Shown: positions 1 through 12,634, counted from the stretch's first letter. The stretch is DNA of 64,000 nt from Raillietiella orientalis (GCA_036172245.1 JAYWIR010000033.1:124001-188000); one strand, 5' to 3'. The notes: generated from the sequence alone by a model not told the origin. A program made the numbers and translations.

Positions 1-600
1 AATTTGAATACAGACAATAAAACAATCTTCGATGCAATTTCAACCTATAAATTAAATTATTACTATGCTACCTTGGTAAAACCAATAAACCACAACTCTT
101 CATTACACCCCAGACAAATTATACCCTATCTCACCCATAAGAAAACGTACTTAAAACAAATTTTTACTAATTTCCTTATCACATTCCTACTCTACAATTT
201 CATTTACCCATCTTACCAATTCAGACGTACTTCCCACAATGAGAACTATATTCCATTTTTATAATATTTTTACGATCCACACTAACCCAATATAAAACTT
301 TACCTCAAACCTCATAATTGTACCGATTACATTTAAAAATAAGCAAAATTATCCTCATTTTTAGCTCTACCAATTCAAAATATGAATTTGTCAATATATC
401 ACCTCCAAATAAAACTTTACCGCATTTTATTACATACAAAAATCACTCTATTCAATTCGTCAACATTCGAACATTAAATAGAAATTTCAATTCCAAATAC
501 AAAAATAATTTGAATTTATCATTAAGCAACAATTCTTTTCAATATTTTCATCTATGACCATAGAATAAAAATTTTGAACTCCATACCCAAATTTCACAAA
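1..600 (-). rRNA. rrnL: NUMT: mitochondrial 16S (rrnL) pseudogene fragment, copy 1; runs off the window start
   Basis: AT-rich, G-poor strand. 'tactatgctaccttgg' (~61) resembles the reverse complement of a conserved 16S motif. Colinear with 18330-18930, which follows clearer 16S motifs. Confidence 0.7.
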
Positions 601-654
601 ATTCCAATGAATTACCAATATGAAATTAATTTTGACCTCAATTAGTAAAATTAC

Positions 655-838
655 TCCCTTGCCAAGATACACCTTCCGGTACATCTACTATGTTGCGACT
701 TATCAAATATTCATCAGAGCGACGGTCGATTTGTATTTAATGATTATCACATTCAATTTACCCTTCTTAAACAAATTTGCAATTAATTCCTATTTCAATA
801 CAAAATTACATATGTATATCCAAACCAACCATATTGAA
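655..838 (-). rRNA. rrnS: NUMT: 3' part of mitochondrial 12S (rrnS), copy 1
   Basis: The reverse complement reads GATAAGTCGCAACATAGTAGATGTACCGGAAAGGTGTATCTTGG, matching the 12S 3' end. 'agagcgacggtcgatttgta' is a second conserved 12S motif. Confidence 0.85.
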
Positions 839-840
839 GT

Positions 841-1900
841 TCCCCAATTCCCTGATGGCGAACCGTTTCGCCACGGGCTGGAGGCAAGAAGTGACGATGG
901 CGCCCTCTCCATACTCAACTCGAGCGGCTGCAGGCGGATGGGGCCGCTGAGAGGAGCCACGTGCTTAGCTCAAGGGTTTCGAAGATTCCCGCGAGGCGGC
1001 GGTGGTTCTGCTGGCGCCCAAGCCGAGCTTCAATTCCAGACTGCGTTTTTGAGCTCAGGGGCATTACTAGCCGGGCGGGCACTGGCGGGCTTCTGGAGCA
1101 ACGGAAAAACATCGTCTTCAAGAAGAAGAACGAACGGACAGGTAGCCACATTCCAACGTCAATCAGAGTTTCATGTTTACTCTCAATTCGTCCACTACCG
1201 CATCGTCTGAATCGAAATGGAAGCGAGGTGCAACGAGCACTCGTCCTGTCAACCGTCTCTCGCCAAACAAGCATCGCAATGACCATCCGGGAGAACACAA
1301 CTGCGATACTGGAAAAGATTGGCAGAGGAAAGCATCGCACCTCCGTTCAAAAACATTGACCAGCTGACTGTGATTCAGCCACGGTGTAGTCGCGGAAGTC
1401 AGGCGCTACCAACATGCCCTGGAGCTTCAGCACTGACAACGACGGCAAGCGATGCACCTCGCTGCGTATCTACTCAGAAGGGACTTGGGTATGCACTTCT
1501 CCGCTTTCACCGCATCTGGAAGTGACCCTCGGGCTCCTGAGGAGAAAATTTCCGTCATGTTCGAAGGCTAGGATGGGATTCATCGCTACCCTGACCCGTC
1601 CACCGCATCCTAGGTAAGTTCTGTTTCTTCCTCTGAACGAGAACACTTCCCTACACGGTTTGCGCAACTTAGACCACGCTACACTGCCAAACAGTGCCCA
1701 CGCCAACGTGTTTTTTTTGCACGACCTTGCTTTCCCCGGCAAAGTCAACTAGCAGAAATCTCAGGGGTAAGTGTTTCGGTACATGCACAGTGCAGTCACC
1801 TCGCCTGCATGTGGCAGTGCTCACACCTCCTTGGACCCGAGTCGCAGATCCGAAAAGCGGAACACTACTGCCACTCTTAAAACTACGTCGCGGAAGGGGT
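841..1900 (+). mobile_element. Degenerate C-terminal part of an L1-like ORF2 (post-RT region plus zinc-binding motif)
   Basis: 'ARSDDGALSIL' resembles the GGLG-x-P region after RT. 'ARMGFI(A/P)TLTR' is followed by a frameshifted C-x2-C...E...H motif that is clearer in the paralog at 19900-20000. Confidence 0.5.
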
Positions 1901-2549
1901 GAAAAAAGGGTGGCACGATCGCTAATCCTAATTTGCCCGCAAGAATCGCCTTTGCGGCACGCCGATTCCGAAAATGGTCAAAAGTCTGTTTCCTCTGCAG
2001 CTTTATCCCCAAAGCGCACGTTCCGCCTTCCTATCCAGAGACCGTCCTTGCTTGTGCAATCCGCTCCGTTTATCACGCCATTCGTTTGGTGTGCTTTACA
2101 GCTCTTGCACTGGTTTGTTTCTGCACTCCGTCAGTTCCAGCTATCTATTCCCGAAGTCACACTCCTCGCGGCCAACACGCCGAACTTCCCACTTGCAACC
2201 TTGACTTTTCATCTTATGAGGAGCAGCTCAATGTTTTATCAATATCTCTGCTCTTGCAACTGCTTCCCAGAGCTATTGACAACCTCTCCAAAGGATTCCA
2301 CTTTTTCTTCAAAAGTCTCCTCCTCGGACCACGCTACACTCGCCGGACAATCATTAAATCGAAAGTCTCCTAAACACAACAACGAACTTCGACGTCGCTG
2401 TCTCAGCAACCTTCGATCACGGATGTCTCTTCACCCAGCATGCGGCCTCCACTTTCCACCCGATCTCGTTTCCATGGTTTCCTTTGGTAAGGAAATTTTG
2501 CTTTCCAATTGCAAGGCAGCTAGCAGTTTCTTAGTGCAAAAGAGAGAAG

Positions 2550-3329
2550 ATGACTTCGAAGGACTGCGGCTTAGTTGCAAGAAGCGACGACTGCAAGATG
2601 GAAAGACCGTCCGACGAGGAGATTCCTTGGCGCGCATCGTCCCCTGGGGCGGAGGGGACGAGCGCGCATCGGGGACTGGATCTCGGGGAGATCACTTGGA
2701 TCGACGAGGAAGAGGGCCACGTGCAGAACGATCCGTGCACCGACGTATCTGGAGAGGCCTGCGTCACGTTGTGCTCGGCCGGGCCGTCTTCCTGCACGTT
2801 GGCCATGAAGATGCCTTCGGTAACGGAAGAGGTCCACAAGATCGAAACCGATTTTCCTGAGTATGCACCCGAGTCCGCGACCTTGCATTCCACTTCTGGG
2901 CAAGGTGAGAAGGTATATTTCCTGAATCCCATCTGCCCTCACTGTGGAGAAACGTGGCAGGACCGGGAAAGAATTAGGAAGCCGGGCGCCTTTGTGGTCC
3001 ATTACGGACCCATCTGTCTCCTGGTGAGAGAACGTGTTCACACATCTGAGCACAAGCACGTGCAGGCAGGAGCATCGCACGCCGACGGCTCGCCGTCCTT
3101 GGCGGAGGACGTGCGCGCCACACGCGTCAGTGCTGGCCAGCAACCAAGCTGCTCCGGAACGGGGGCCGTGAGCAACGACACCGGAGTCAGAATGCCAGAG
3201 CGGATGCCAGCGCGGAATGCTCGCACCCTGTTGACGGCCATCGCCCCACCGGAACGCCATGTCTATGATCGGAAAATTTTTCCGTGGGTCACTCGTTGCG
3301 TTGCTCCACGGCGTCGCCGTGAAAGATGA
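2550..3329 (+). other. Unassigned open frame (259 aa) with an acidic stretch and a CPHC motif; possibly ORF1 of the downstream element
   Basis: The frame stays open in all three paralogs (2550, 20887, ~46444). It lies just upstream of an APE/RT remnant in the same orientation. I do not recognise a family. Confidence 0.3.
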
Positions 3330-3499
3330 ATGTAAATTCCTGTTTCAAGTGGCTCAGTTCGAATCTCCTGTTGGTGGGCTATACGGGTTTGGATTGGTTT
3401 GCTGGGGTGCGCGCGCAAGTCCCTGAACGTGCAACATCTCGCTAGCCGGCTGTAGCGCAACCTGCTTCCAGCGTGCTGTCGACGCCTGTGGCAATTCGA

Positions 3500-6400
3500 C
3501 ACCGCCAACCTCTGCAGCGAAAGCAGCGCGGCATCCGTTGACGTATACGGTGTGGTTGGCATGAACCATCCGGAGAAGGAGCCGACTCTTACAGCACAGT
3601 TTGAGGCAGAGCCTACACCTTCGTAGTGGACGCGTTTCCGTCAGCAGGACGAGATTTCCATCCCGACACGAGCGCACAAATCCTTTAGGCTGAATAGACC
3701 ATTAAATGCAGTCCCAGGCATTCCTAAGCTCGCCTTTCATTTCCACTATCTGGCGTGCGGACAACAAGCGGAAAGCGGAAGACTTGCGCACATACTTCAT
3801 CCACACCGCGGCTTGTTTCGGCGACAGAAGCGTGCCATGCTCGATTCTGACGATCGCCGACGCTGTCTTCTGGTGGCAGCTGGACAACTTCTCTTCCGGG
3901 GAATAGTCCCTCTACGGTGCACCGAGCTACTTAAGATACTTAGACGCAAGCATGGAAAAGTGGATCCATTTCAGATATCCTGCCCACGCGATACCGAATG
4001 CAACCATGGACGGGTTCGCTTTGTTCGTCCTGTTCACCTCCATTCCAGTCCCTCAGCTCAATGGCTCGAAGAAATCTTCGCTCCCCGACAACGGTGTTGA
4101 CATGGAGAGTACCAAAGGAAAATTGTCCGCGGATGCTGACACGGACGGTGCGATTCAGCATCATATGTCAAGCGAGCTAGGGCTCTTCAGCGGCTCAGCA
4201 ACAAATCGTGGAAGGTGCTGAAGAGCAAGTGGTTCAGACTGGCGACCAGCCGTATGCCGTAACGCACCTCCACAGTGTACACCTTTTGCCCTCTGAACGA
4301 ATTGTTTATTATTGCGCTTCCCGGCAGGTGTGCATAGAGTAGTTTGAGATTCCGGGAAGCGCTGGCGTACCGCACGATGCAGAAGAAACTGCTGGTCGAT
4401 GCAGTCCAATATATGAAGACGCAAGGTTGCTGGCGAAGGTTTGTGCACAGGACAAACCTTCGCGGGATTGCATACGCTTTCATCAGCACGGAACAGACAT
4501 AAGCTATTTGCGAGCGAGTTATGGAAGCTAACCTGTTCGAAGCGTCCATCTGGCTAGAGCTCTTACAAGAAATCGAATTGGTGCGTAGCCAGAATTCCAT
4601 TGCTTGCGCCGGCAAATGCTCAGATGGTCAAGTTGGGGAGGTCGCTTTTGCGGGCGTTGTCGACTTACGCAGAGAATTCCAGTACCTCGACCAGAATCTT
4701 CTGCTGTAGCTTCAAGAACGCTTAAGCTTCCCGGTCTCATTATTGGCCTATCAGCGCTCCAACTGGCGCGTCGCGCTCATCGACTTTTCCATCATCTGGC
4801 AGAACGTGCACGGCGTGCCGGTGCGGCGTGGGATACTCCAGGCAGACAGTCAGAGCATACTGCTCTTCAGTACCTACTTCGAGATGGTAGTGAGGGCGTG
4901 CATGGAAGATCTGGCGCTCCTGCCGCACGACTGCTCCAGTACGCCGGCGGTTTCATCGTACGCGGAGAACCACCTGTTACTGCTCCCTCCGTCCACCCCG
5001 GCTTCGGCGGTCTAGGAGTTCTTCGACCAGTTGAATGGGGGATCCGGTCTTACGGTGAACAGGAAAAATTCGTACGTATTGCATGTTGGTGCGACTTGAG
5101 CAGGGCAGCAGCACTGGGTGCGTTTGGGGATCCGCACAATTAGGTACTTCAAGTACGTTGGTGTACCGTTCGCGGTCAATCTTCCTGCGCAATTGTGGTC
5201 CGGCAGCCTACGAAAGGTAGAGAATGCGATCGTCCCGTTCCGAGGAGACAATTGTTTCCTGCCGGACCGGCCACGGTTTCTAAGACGTTCGCGGCTCCAC
5301 TCCTTCGACGTTTACTTTTTGATTGCCCCTTTCCACAAACAGAAGCAAAAAGCGTACGAATGCCCCCCTTCGAATCGCCCTTCGGGACAACGGGAGTTCG
5401 CGAGTCAGCTTGAGAACGCTTGTGCGCCCTTGCACGTCGCGATAGCGGTCCAGGCATCCTGACGTTGCATCTATGGAACATCAGCTCCAGTTCGGCATGT
5501 TGCCCGTTGTGCCGCAGTTGTGGTGCAGCTGCTGGTACGTACCTGCACTTCCCCTTGTGAAGAAAGCCACCAAGAAGACGGGACTAACGTCCTGTCTTTT
5601 ACTCCATCGCTACCGCATCAACCGATGTGGGCTCCAGCTTCGGAGGTGCCTGAGTAGGTTCGGAAAAACCACCAATAGATCATTTGTCTCTTCTGCGAAC
5701 ACTAGTGTCTGGTTGCCGAAAATCGATCCGCTCGTGTGCACAGTGAGCCATGCAGCGCGCCTAACAGGAACACGGTTCCCTTTTAAGAGCTGCAGAGGTT
5801 GCACGCTCCAAGAGATCCCGTAGGATCCGAAGAAGCAAGCGTGGTCAGAAGGAACCACCCTCGCTGCTTCGCTGGACTCCTTAATGGAATATCTCGACAG
5901 TGATGTTGCGGAGAAATGGTGCTTTAAAGTAAACATTTCCGTAAAGGAGAACAAGCAGGGAAAGTGGAAGACGTGTCAGTTAACAGACACTGCGATTCCA
6001 TGTGCGCCTCCCAATAGGCTTCTGCTCTTTGGCGCGCTTCTCGATGGTCCCTTCGATCATCTGAAGTAACATGCTATTCTCTTGAACTCTTCCACCCTCC
6101 CCTGCAAATGGCAGCAGTTGGCTCTACTGTTCAAGCATTAGTGACTCCTTGCAACGCCCTCCGACACCAGTGGACCTGGGCAGTGCTCGATCCCAATTGT
6201 GTTAAATGCAGTGAACGGGAGTCCCTCTTCTACCTCAATGTGGATTCTGTTGCTCTTCTGCCCCTTTCGTTTCGCTCTTCGCTCCCTTCGCTATTCCTGT
6301 GGCATTTCTAGGTACGCATTGAAAGCCCTCTTTGTCAAAAAAGCCCTTCGGCCAGCGGCCTCGATGGCAGCCAATGGTCGCCTTCGCGGTATCGTCTTCA

Positions 6401-6770
6401 GATGGAGCGTCGCTACGGGGAGGACCACGCCATCAGGATCCCATCCAGGGTGGCGCCCATTTCCTGAGGAGGGCGTCGCGATAGCCCCACCTGGATCCGC
6501 GAGAACAAGAACACCTTTTCGGCATCCTGAGAACGATGCAACGGCCCCAGCAGCAACAGTGATCCCTTCTCCCACTCTTGGTTTTCTTTCTTTTTTTTTT
6601 TTCTGTTTTTCCCTTTTACCGCTGCTGCCTTCGTGCACCGAACCGGTCTGAGGTCTCACGACCAGCGAGCCGGCAGGATTCGTGCTTCCTCGTCCGAAGC
6701 TGGAGCATAGCTCCAACCACTGACGTCTTTCTTTAAGTTTATTTTTAAATAAACGCACCGGCCAAATCCG
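3500..6770 (+). mobile_element. L1/Tx1-like ORF2 pseudogene (weak APE, RT, zinc finger) with T-rich 3' UTR and AATAAA
   Basis: Degenerate RT motifs in order: FISTEQT, VDLRREFQYLDQ (KAFD box), GVPVRRGILQADSQSILLF (QGD box), SYAENH (YADD), GLTVNRKNS, KYVGVP. CVKCSERES zinc finger at ~6200, T-tract at 6583-6610, AATAAACG at 6748. Confidence 0.85.
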
Positions 6771-6949
6771 CGTAGAAATCCAATGATTCTCGCATGTCGA
6801 CAACGACCGCATCACCGGTGACTGAAGGCTTCTCTTTCACATCGCGTCCTCCATCAATTAAGGCCGCTCTGAAATTCCGGTGGCGACCGTGTTCTTTGTC
6901 TACAGCCGACTCCAAGTTCCTGTCGAAGAACTCGAGTTTCTCGGACACC

Positions 6950-7310
6950 TCCATGTGCAAACGAGACGTTCGCTTCACGCGGAATTCGGCTGCAATCAGT
7001 GCGCACAGCTGCTTTGCATAGAGGATGCACCCCGAAGCTCGTGTTGATCTGCAGCGGCCTCGCGGACATTAAGCAGGCAACCTCGTCCCCGTCACTTCAT
7101 CAGAAGCATCTCTTATTCCTCCCTTGCGTGGGACATGCTGCAGACAGTTTCCGTGCAAGGCGGGCCCACAGCAAAACCCACGATCGCGACGGGAAGCTGC
7201 ATCCGCGGTATCGTCGGCACAGCCCGCTCCGCGATGGCGTCTCTCTCTCTCAACGACGGACGGCCGTCTTGACAGCAGCATCCTGGCGAGGACGGGTGCG
7301 GGGTGGCCTT
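6950..7310 (+). mobile_element. Short ORF2 C-terminal fragment of a related element
   Basis: 'IATGSCIRGIVG' matches the 'CCIRGIV' C-terminal motif shared by the other copies in the window. Confidence 0.5.
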
Positions 7311-8229
7311 ACGCCATGCAGAATACAAATATGCGCTGCATTGATGTTTTCATTCACAACGAATATCCCTGAAGAAATGATTTCAATTTCTTCAAAAATC
7401 ATAGCGATCCTCCAACATCCAGTGTCTACAGCATTTCGTTCCCATGCTTCTATGCAGAAGCCACTACGAAAAGAAAAAAGAACAGGTATGTAAGGTCCGT
7501 ATTCTCAATTTACTGCATCTGATGCATATGTTGTTTTCCCTTCCAGTCCCGGAAATCTTTATGAAATTTCACAACCACGTGAGAACAACACTTAACACCC
7601 CTATGTATCTACGGGACAGTGGTTACTTGGTGAGGAAAATGTAGCGAAGTTGAAAATCGATGGAGTCGAATATTGCCATCTCTTCTAGCGAGGAGTGATT
7701 CGGCTCAATTCACCGCATGTGAAGAAGTGCCTGGATTTCCTTGGGAATCATTCCAAGAGATACAAACTCGATGCAAATTAAAATTCAGCGAGAATCGTTC
7801 AATCTGACCGATTTTTGGTCAGGTTGTACGATTGGGCTTTTGTCCTGCAGGAAAGTGTCTTCCAAGGACTTACCAAGGTGTGCATTTTTTTGGGAAGCTG
7901 CAAGTTCATTTGGGGTTCCGTGGAAACCAACATGAATAGGAAAATCTTCATTTCAGAGTGCAATCCAGACCTGTATTTCCAGTCTGTAATCTGGGAATTT
8001 TGGAAATTAGAATATAGAATGACGGTGGAGCAAATGGCTGTGTTCAATTGGAATCCAATACTTTTCCGTCTTGTATGCGTGCTAATTTTTGAACCTGCGT
8101 CACAGTCCTTCAGAATTGCGACGCGCACATTCCTCAGTGCATGGACAACTACGAGCCCGTGTGGTTGCTAGGGCGATTGCTCTTATGTGTGCCTTCATAC
8201 TAACTAGTTGAGATTCAAACGCTTTTTCG

Positions 8230-9530
8230 AAATGAAATTACTGTTACTCAACGAAAATCATGATGATGTTGGGATGAACATGGTCTCTCGGCGCACGGAG
8301 CTCCCTATTCGAGATGTGTTCAAATATGGCGCGCCGCCCGGGGGAGGGTCTGATACTTTACTCACACACGTAATAGCAATTATGAACGTCCGAAGTTCGT
8401 TAACTGCAGATATTGCGGTATTTTCGCAGTAACCAATTTCGTTGTATGAAAAAAAAAAAAAAAACATAAGAAGGATTTTCATGAATTGCTATCCAGGGAA
8501 TTCCAGGAATTTGCTAAAATGATCCTCACAAAATTCGGTTTTCCGAAGCCGTCCAACAACGTTCTGTGGTAAGAGCATCCACGATGTCAAAGTGGAAGAA
8601 GCTTTTAGAATGAAGCAGATTCACAGAGCTAGAAATTTACATTCCAGAAGTGATACTTTGCTGGAGTTACATGACCTCGCTTATCATACATCATTTGAGT
8701 GAGCTTTCTGTATAAGAGCACCTATGTATTTCCACCACGTCCCCGCTGCTCTGCAAAGTAGGAGATCAGTAGAAAATAGGGAATTCACGCGAAACGCAGC
8801 GAAAGATATTGTTGGCCAAATCGACAACGAAATGGATCATTCCAGATTCCGCAAATGATGAAGTGTGCACGAGCTGCAGAATCAGCATTTCACAGTACAG
8901 TGGATACCATGCGTGCATTGAAATCTATCCCCAGAATCTGTACGCATCACTGTTCCCTCGATTCCGTGCCAATTACCGCGTGTTCGCCTCTGACTACCAA
9001 TAAAGCCAACCTGGTCATTTTTGGAAGAATTATCCCAGGAATCAACTGAATGGACCACGAACGGGAGCAAGGACTGAGGTCGGCAAAGTTAAGAGTACAA
9101 TTATGAGAATCCGATGCTCATAGAAATGCATGGTGAATTGCTTCTGAATCATCACGTGAGTTAGCTCATCAATTCGGCTCATTTCAATATTCTTGTTTCT
9201 TCCAAATTTATGGCATTTCAGGTGAATTGCTCGTCCGTACAGTCAATGCAATTCTACGATACGAACAGCCTCTCGTTTGATCGACTATTCTTCTCGGAAT
9301 GTGTCACTGTCTCTGCTCGATTGCTGCAGACATGCTCGGCAAAGGCAATTTCCTGAAGGCAGCTTTTCGACACATGCATGAGCACATGGAAATCCATAAC
9401 ACATTTCCGAATGCTTCCCAAATCAATGAAGTCATGGAAGTCGATATTCTGAACGCATCTGTCTGCATCCACCTGACCTTTCATTGACTAACGTATCTGC
9501 TACCAAGATGTTCAAAAAACTTCAGAAGAA
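8230..9530 (+). pseudogene. Probable NACHT (STAND NTPase, NLR-like) pseudogene remnant
   Basis: Walker A-like IAIQGIPGI[frameshift]AKMILTKF at 8485. LCSIAADML at ~9310. CIHLTFH[frameshift]DYVSA at 9464 resembles the winged-helix F-x-H-x-TFQEY-x-AA motif. Motif order and spacing fit, but there are many stops and frameshifts. Confidence 0.5.
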
Positions 9531-9559
9531 AATTTGAAAAAATTTCAAAAGTAGCTATT

Positions 9560-9825
9560 CACGAATCAACCTAACCTCATATGTAGAAATGACCGTTTCA
9601 AACAAAAATAATAGGAACATTCAAATTTTCAATAATCCCATTTGTTATCTCGGAAATGTTTTTGATTCGTTGCTTTCTTGAGATCATTCCTCCATGCTAG
9701 ATTAAGAGTCAATCCACAATTCAAATTTTTCTGACCCCCTCTGACCTCCCCTTACCATCTGCCATAGAAGTACCACTATTTGATACCAATCTTCTATTCA
9801 GATCAGGCTTCTCAGTGACACTGCA
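9560..9825 (+). pseudogene. cox3: Small independent NUMT: internal cox3 fragment
   Basis: Aligns by eye to 16580-16830, sharing 'tagaagtaccactattt', 'aatccacaatt' and 'ttatctc(g/a)gaaat', but with many substitutions. Confidence 0.8.
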
Positions 9826-11314
9826 AGTGTATCAAATGTCTTTTGCCATTTCTCACTATGCTTGTATGTATCTGTGATAGTGCGTGCACAAGCTCTTACT
9901 TGAAGCCCTCAACTGATTGAAAATATATTGACTCAGATATAAAATGAATTTGTGAAGAAAAAGCATTTATTAGAAAAATTGCTCCTTGTTTCAGAAATTT
10001 ATAAGAAGAACTCCACCTTCTTGATTGATGTATAGTGTTGACATTAGTAGGTTTCCGTTTTTTCCCTTTCGGGAATATGTTAACAAGGAAGGGTCAGCTT
10101 TCTTTCTTATTTATATCTTTGCGAGTGTAATGGTAAAGCAACGTTTCTGTCCGGTTCGCCTCTTTCCATATACTAGTCGGATGGCAAAATTGCTCAGAGA
10201 TAAGCATGAAAATCCTGATAAATATCGAAAGTGCTCACTTCAGTCCATAGGAATGTTGCTCCTTCAGTATATCAGTGTATGAATACCGGTGAAAAATCAC
10301 TCGAATTCGTGGCGTCCAAACCTAGAAACCTCATGCTTCTCGGGGCAACGCTTTCCCAATGATGAGAAGCGTGCGTGAAAAGAAATGACTTCTTCCCATT
10401 CTTGTTCTCTTGGGCCTCCTATGTTCCGTTTTCAACCAGCAGGTACCAAAGCACCAAGTATCATCCTTGGGTACGATCCAATTGAATGCACTCCTACGGT
10501 GTCTTCCTATTCGATGTTTGGCAATTAAAGGAACTGGTTTTGTACAATTAGAAAGTGCTAAACCCCAATATCGTTTCGAAAGAAGTGGCAGTTGCGTTTC
10601 GCAGTTGCTCTACACTCTCGCAGCACCCCCACACGCACGATTCCGAGAGTGGGCCCTGCTGAGTCGAGCGCTCTTCTTTTCTTTCGCCAAGCAAATCTTC
10701 CGTCGGCGGCAGGGGAGCGCGCGAGCACGACGGGCATCAGCCACCTTCCAAGATTCCTCTGCTGCGCGGCCGGCCCGTCAGCAGGGCTGCCCGACTTCCA
10801 AATGCGGTCCCGTGGCGCGGGGATGAACACCACTCGTCAGTGCCGTCAACCGATCGGCCCTTCGCAGCAAGGAGGCCCTTGCATGGGCACACGAGCCCCC
10901 ACAGAGTTCTTGTGTAGCTCTCCCTAGGCGAAGCAGTTAAGATGGCAGTAACAAGCCCGATAAAAAAACCCCTCACTTTAGGAACCCAACAACAACTATT
11001 ACTACAAAATTACTACTAATCACCCCATTAAAATATACTAACTAAAATCTCTCATTACTAAATACTTAAACCATCATCTCCAATTTACTACATCAAGCAA
11101 ACAATCAATACTCAACATTTCAACAACAACCTATAAATACCTGATCTCACCACCTAACTAATAACCCTATCAATATGCCATTACAACTTTATTAATCCCG
11201 CCTCTACCATGAACGATAAACTTCAATTCATGACCATATCAACAACACATAACCTCACTCAACCCCAAACATCACAAGTATTTACTCACTCTTACACGTT
11301 CGCCAACCAAGTTC

Positions 11315-11371
11315 AGGTTCACTAGTTTAATAAAAACATTTATCTTGAAAATAAAAATTCTACTCAACCTA
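11315..11371 (+). tRNA. trnS2: NUMT tRNA-like sequence with TGA anticodon (trnS2 candidate), lacking a T-arm
   Basis: Acceptor aggttca/tcaacct, D-arm tagtttaataaaaac, anticodon arm tttat-cttgaaa-ataaa. Confidence 0.5.
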
Positions 11372-11382
11372 TACAACTGGAA

Positions 11383-11443
11383 AGTAATGTACCTTAAAAA
11401 CAGGATTTCTTCGATAAAGATAGCACGTTATACACCATTACCA
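11383..11443 (+). tRNA. trnI: NUMT tRNA-Ile(GAT), lacking a T-arm
   Basis: Acceptor agtaatg/cattacc, D-stem cct/agg, anticodon loop tcGATaa. Confidence 0.65.
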
Positions 11444-11464
11444 TTCAAACTCAACCTAAATAAA

Positions 11465-11525
11465 TCAAAGATAAGCTAAGTATATGCTGATGGGCTCATA
11501 CTCCATTTATGATTCGTCTCTTTGA
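11465..11525 (+). tRNA. trnM: NUMT tRNA-Met(CAT), lacking a T-arm
   Basis: Perfect acceptor tcaaaga/tctttga, typical taagcta D-arm, anticodon arm atggg-ctCATac-tccat; lies directly before nad2. Confidence 0.85.
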
Positions 11526-12481
11526 TCCCCTCATCCTCTCTCTCCCTTCACTAATCTTTTTACCTCTAGTCTTCTTCAGAACACTAATCACATTATCAAC
11601 TAACAATTGACTAATAATGTGACCAAGCGTAGAAATTAATACAATCTCCATATGTCCCATTATCGCAACCGACAACACCAACTTCTCAACACACTCAAAC
11701 AATAAAATACTTCCTAATCCAAGCAGTTTCATCCTCACTCTTCCTAATCATTTCCGTCATATCCAACTCTTTTCCTTCCATCATATCGAACATCATGGCA
11801 ATAATTACACTAGTTACACCCTGCATACTACCATTCCACTACTGATTACTACCCATCATCAATAACTCCTCATGCACAACAACCAAAATATTACTATCCT
11901 GACAAAATTTAAACCCTATACTCTGCATTTCCCTATCACCATTATCAATCATCTTAATCAATTAGATTCTCAGAGCCACAACAGCCACTGTCATAGGACT
12001 AATCTCCCCATCTATTCGACAACTCATAACCTACTCTTCCATCTCCCACCTATCATAAATAACCGCTTCAATAAACACATCCTCCAGAATAGGAACTTCA
12101 TACCTAATTATATACTCCATCAACACACTCGCACCCATCATAATCTTACAAAAAAGAAATACACAATCATTGGCTCACATCCCAATCCTCTACTCCTTCC
12201 TTACCTCACCTATAGTATTTCTAGCATTACTAAATCTCTATGCCATACTCCCCCTCCCAGGCTTCTTCCCAAATTCAATAACCCTAGAATTAATCCCTAC
12301 TCCACTAGCAATCACCCTGATCATCTCCTCTTCAATCTCCCTCCAAATTTACCTCAACATTAGACTACCATCATTCACCACCCTACCAATAAACAAACCA
12401 CAAATCCACCACAAAACATCCCTTGTCCCATACTCCATCTCATATCTCTTTAAACTCTTGCAACCATCCCTACTATCCTAA
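11526..12481 (+). pseudogene. nad2: NUMT nad2 pseudogene
   Basis: NNWLMMWPSVEINT (cf. W..W.GLE.N), KYFLIQA, LPFHYW and LPGFFP motifs in the invertebrate mitochondrial code, with frameshifts. Confidence 0.85.
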
Positions 12482-12499
12482 CCTTTACCACAAACATAC

Positions 12500-12560
12500 A
12501 AGTTACGTTCGACATATTTCCTAAACTCAAATTTTACTGTGCATCCCACACTACATTGCA
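12500..12560 (-). tRNA. trnQ: NUMT tRNA-Gln(TTG)
   Basis: The plus strand shows taaa-ctCAAat-ttta followed by 'tgtgcatc..cac', the usual reverse-complement trnQ signature. Confidence 0.6.
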
Positions 12561-12569
12561 CCAATAATA

Positions 12570-12628
12570 ACCAATTCTTATACAACATGGAACTTGCAAT
12601 TCTACAAACCCATGAACATTAATACCAT
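12570..12628 (-). tRNA. trnC: NUMT tRNA-Cys(GCA)
   Basis: Anticodon arm tggaa-ctTGCaa-ttcta on the plus strand; the other arms are unclear. Confidence 0.5.
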
Positions 12629-12634
12629 ATTACT

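Noticed and set aside
600..655. trnV between rrnL and rrnS
   Set aside because: The position fits, but I could not fold a convincing tRNA or find the anticodon arm.
4..684. Short AT-rich ORFs in the track over NUMT regions
   Set aside because: They overlap rRNA, or are standard-code translations of mitochondrial-code pseudogenes.
1694..2860. 388-aa ORF (and 423-aa ORF 45814..47085) as a protein-coding gene
   Set aside because: No recognisable domain, broken in copy 2, and the copy 3 version is a deletion-generated fusion.
10300..10965. GC-rich segment before the NUMT as a gene or element 5' end
   Set aside because: No motif I can support; left unassigned.
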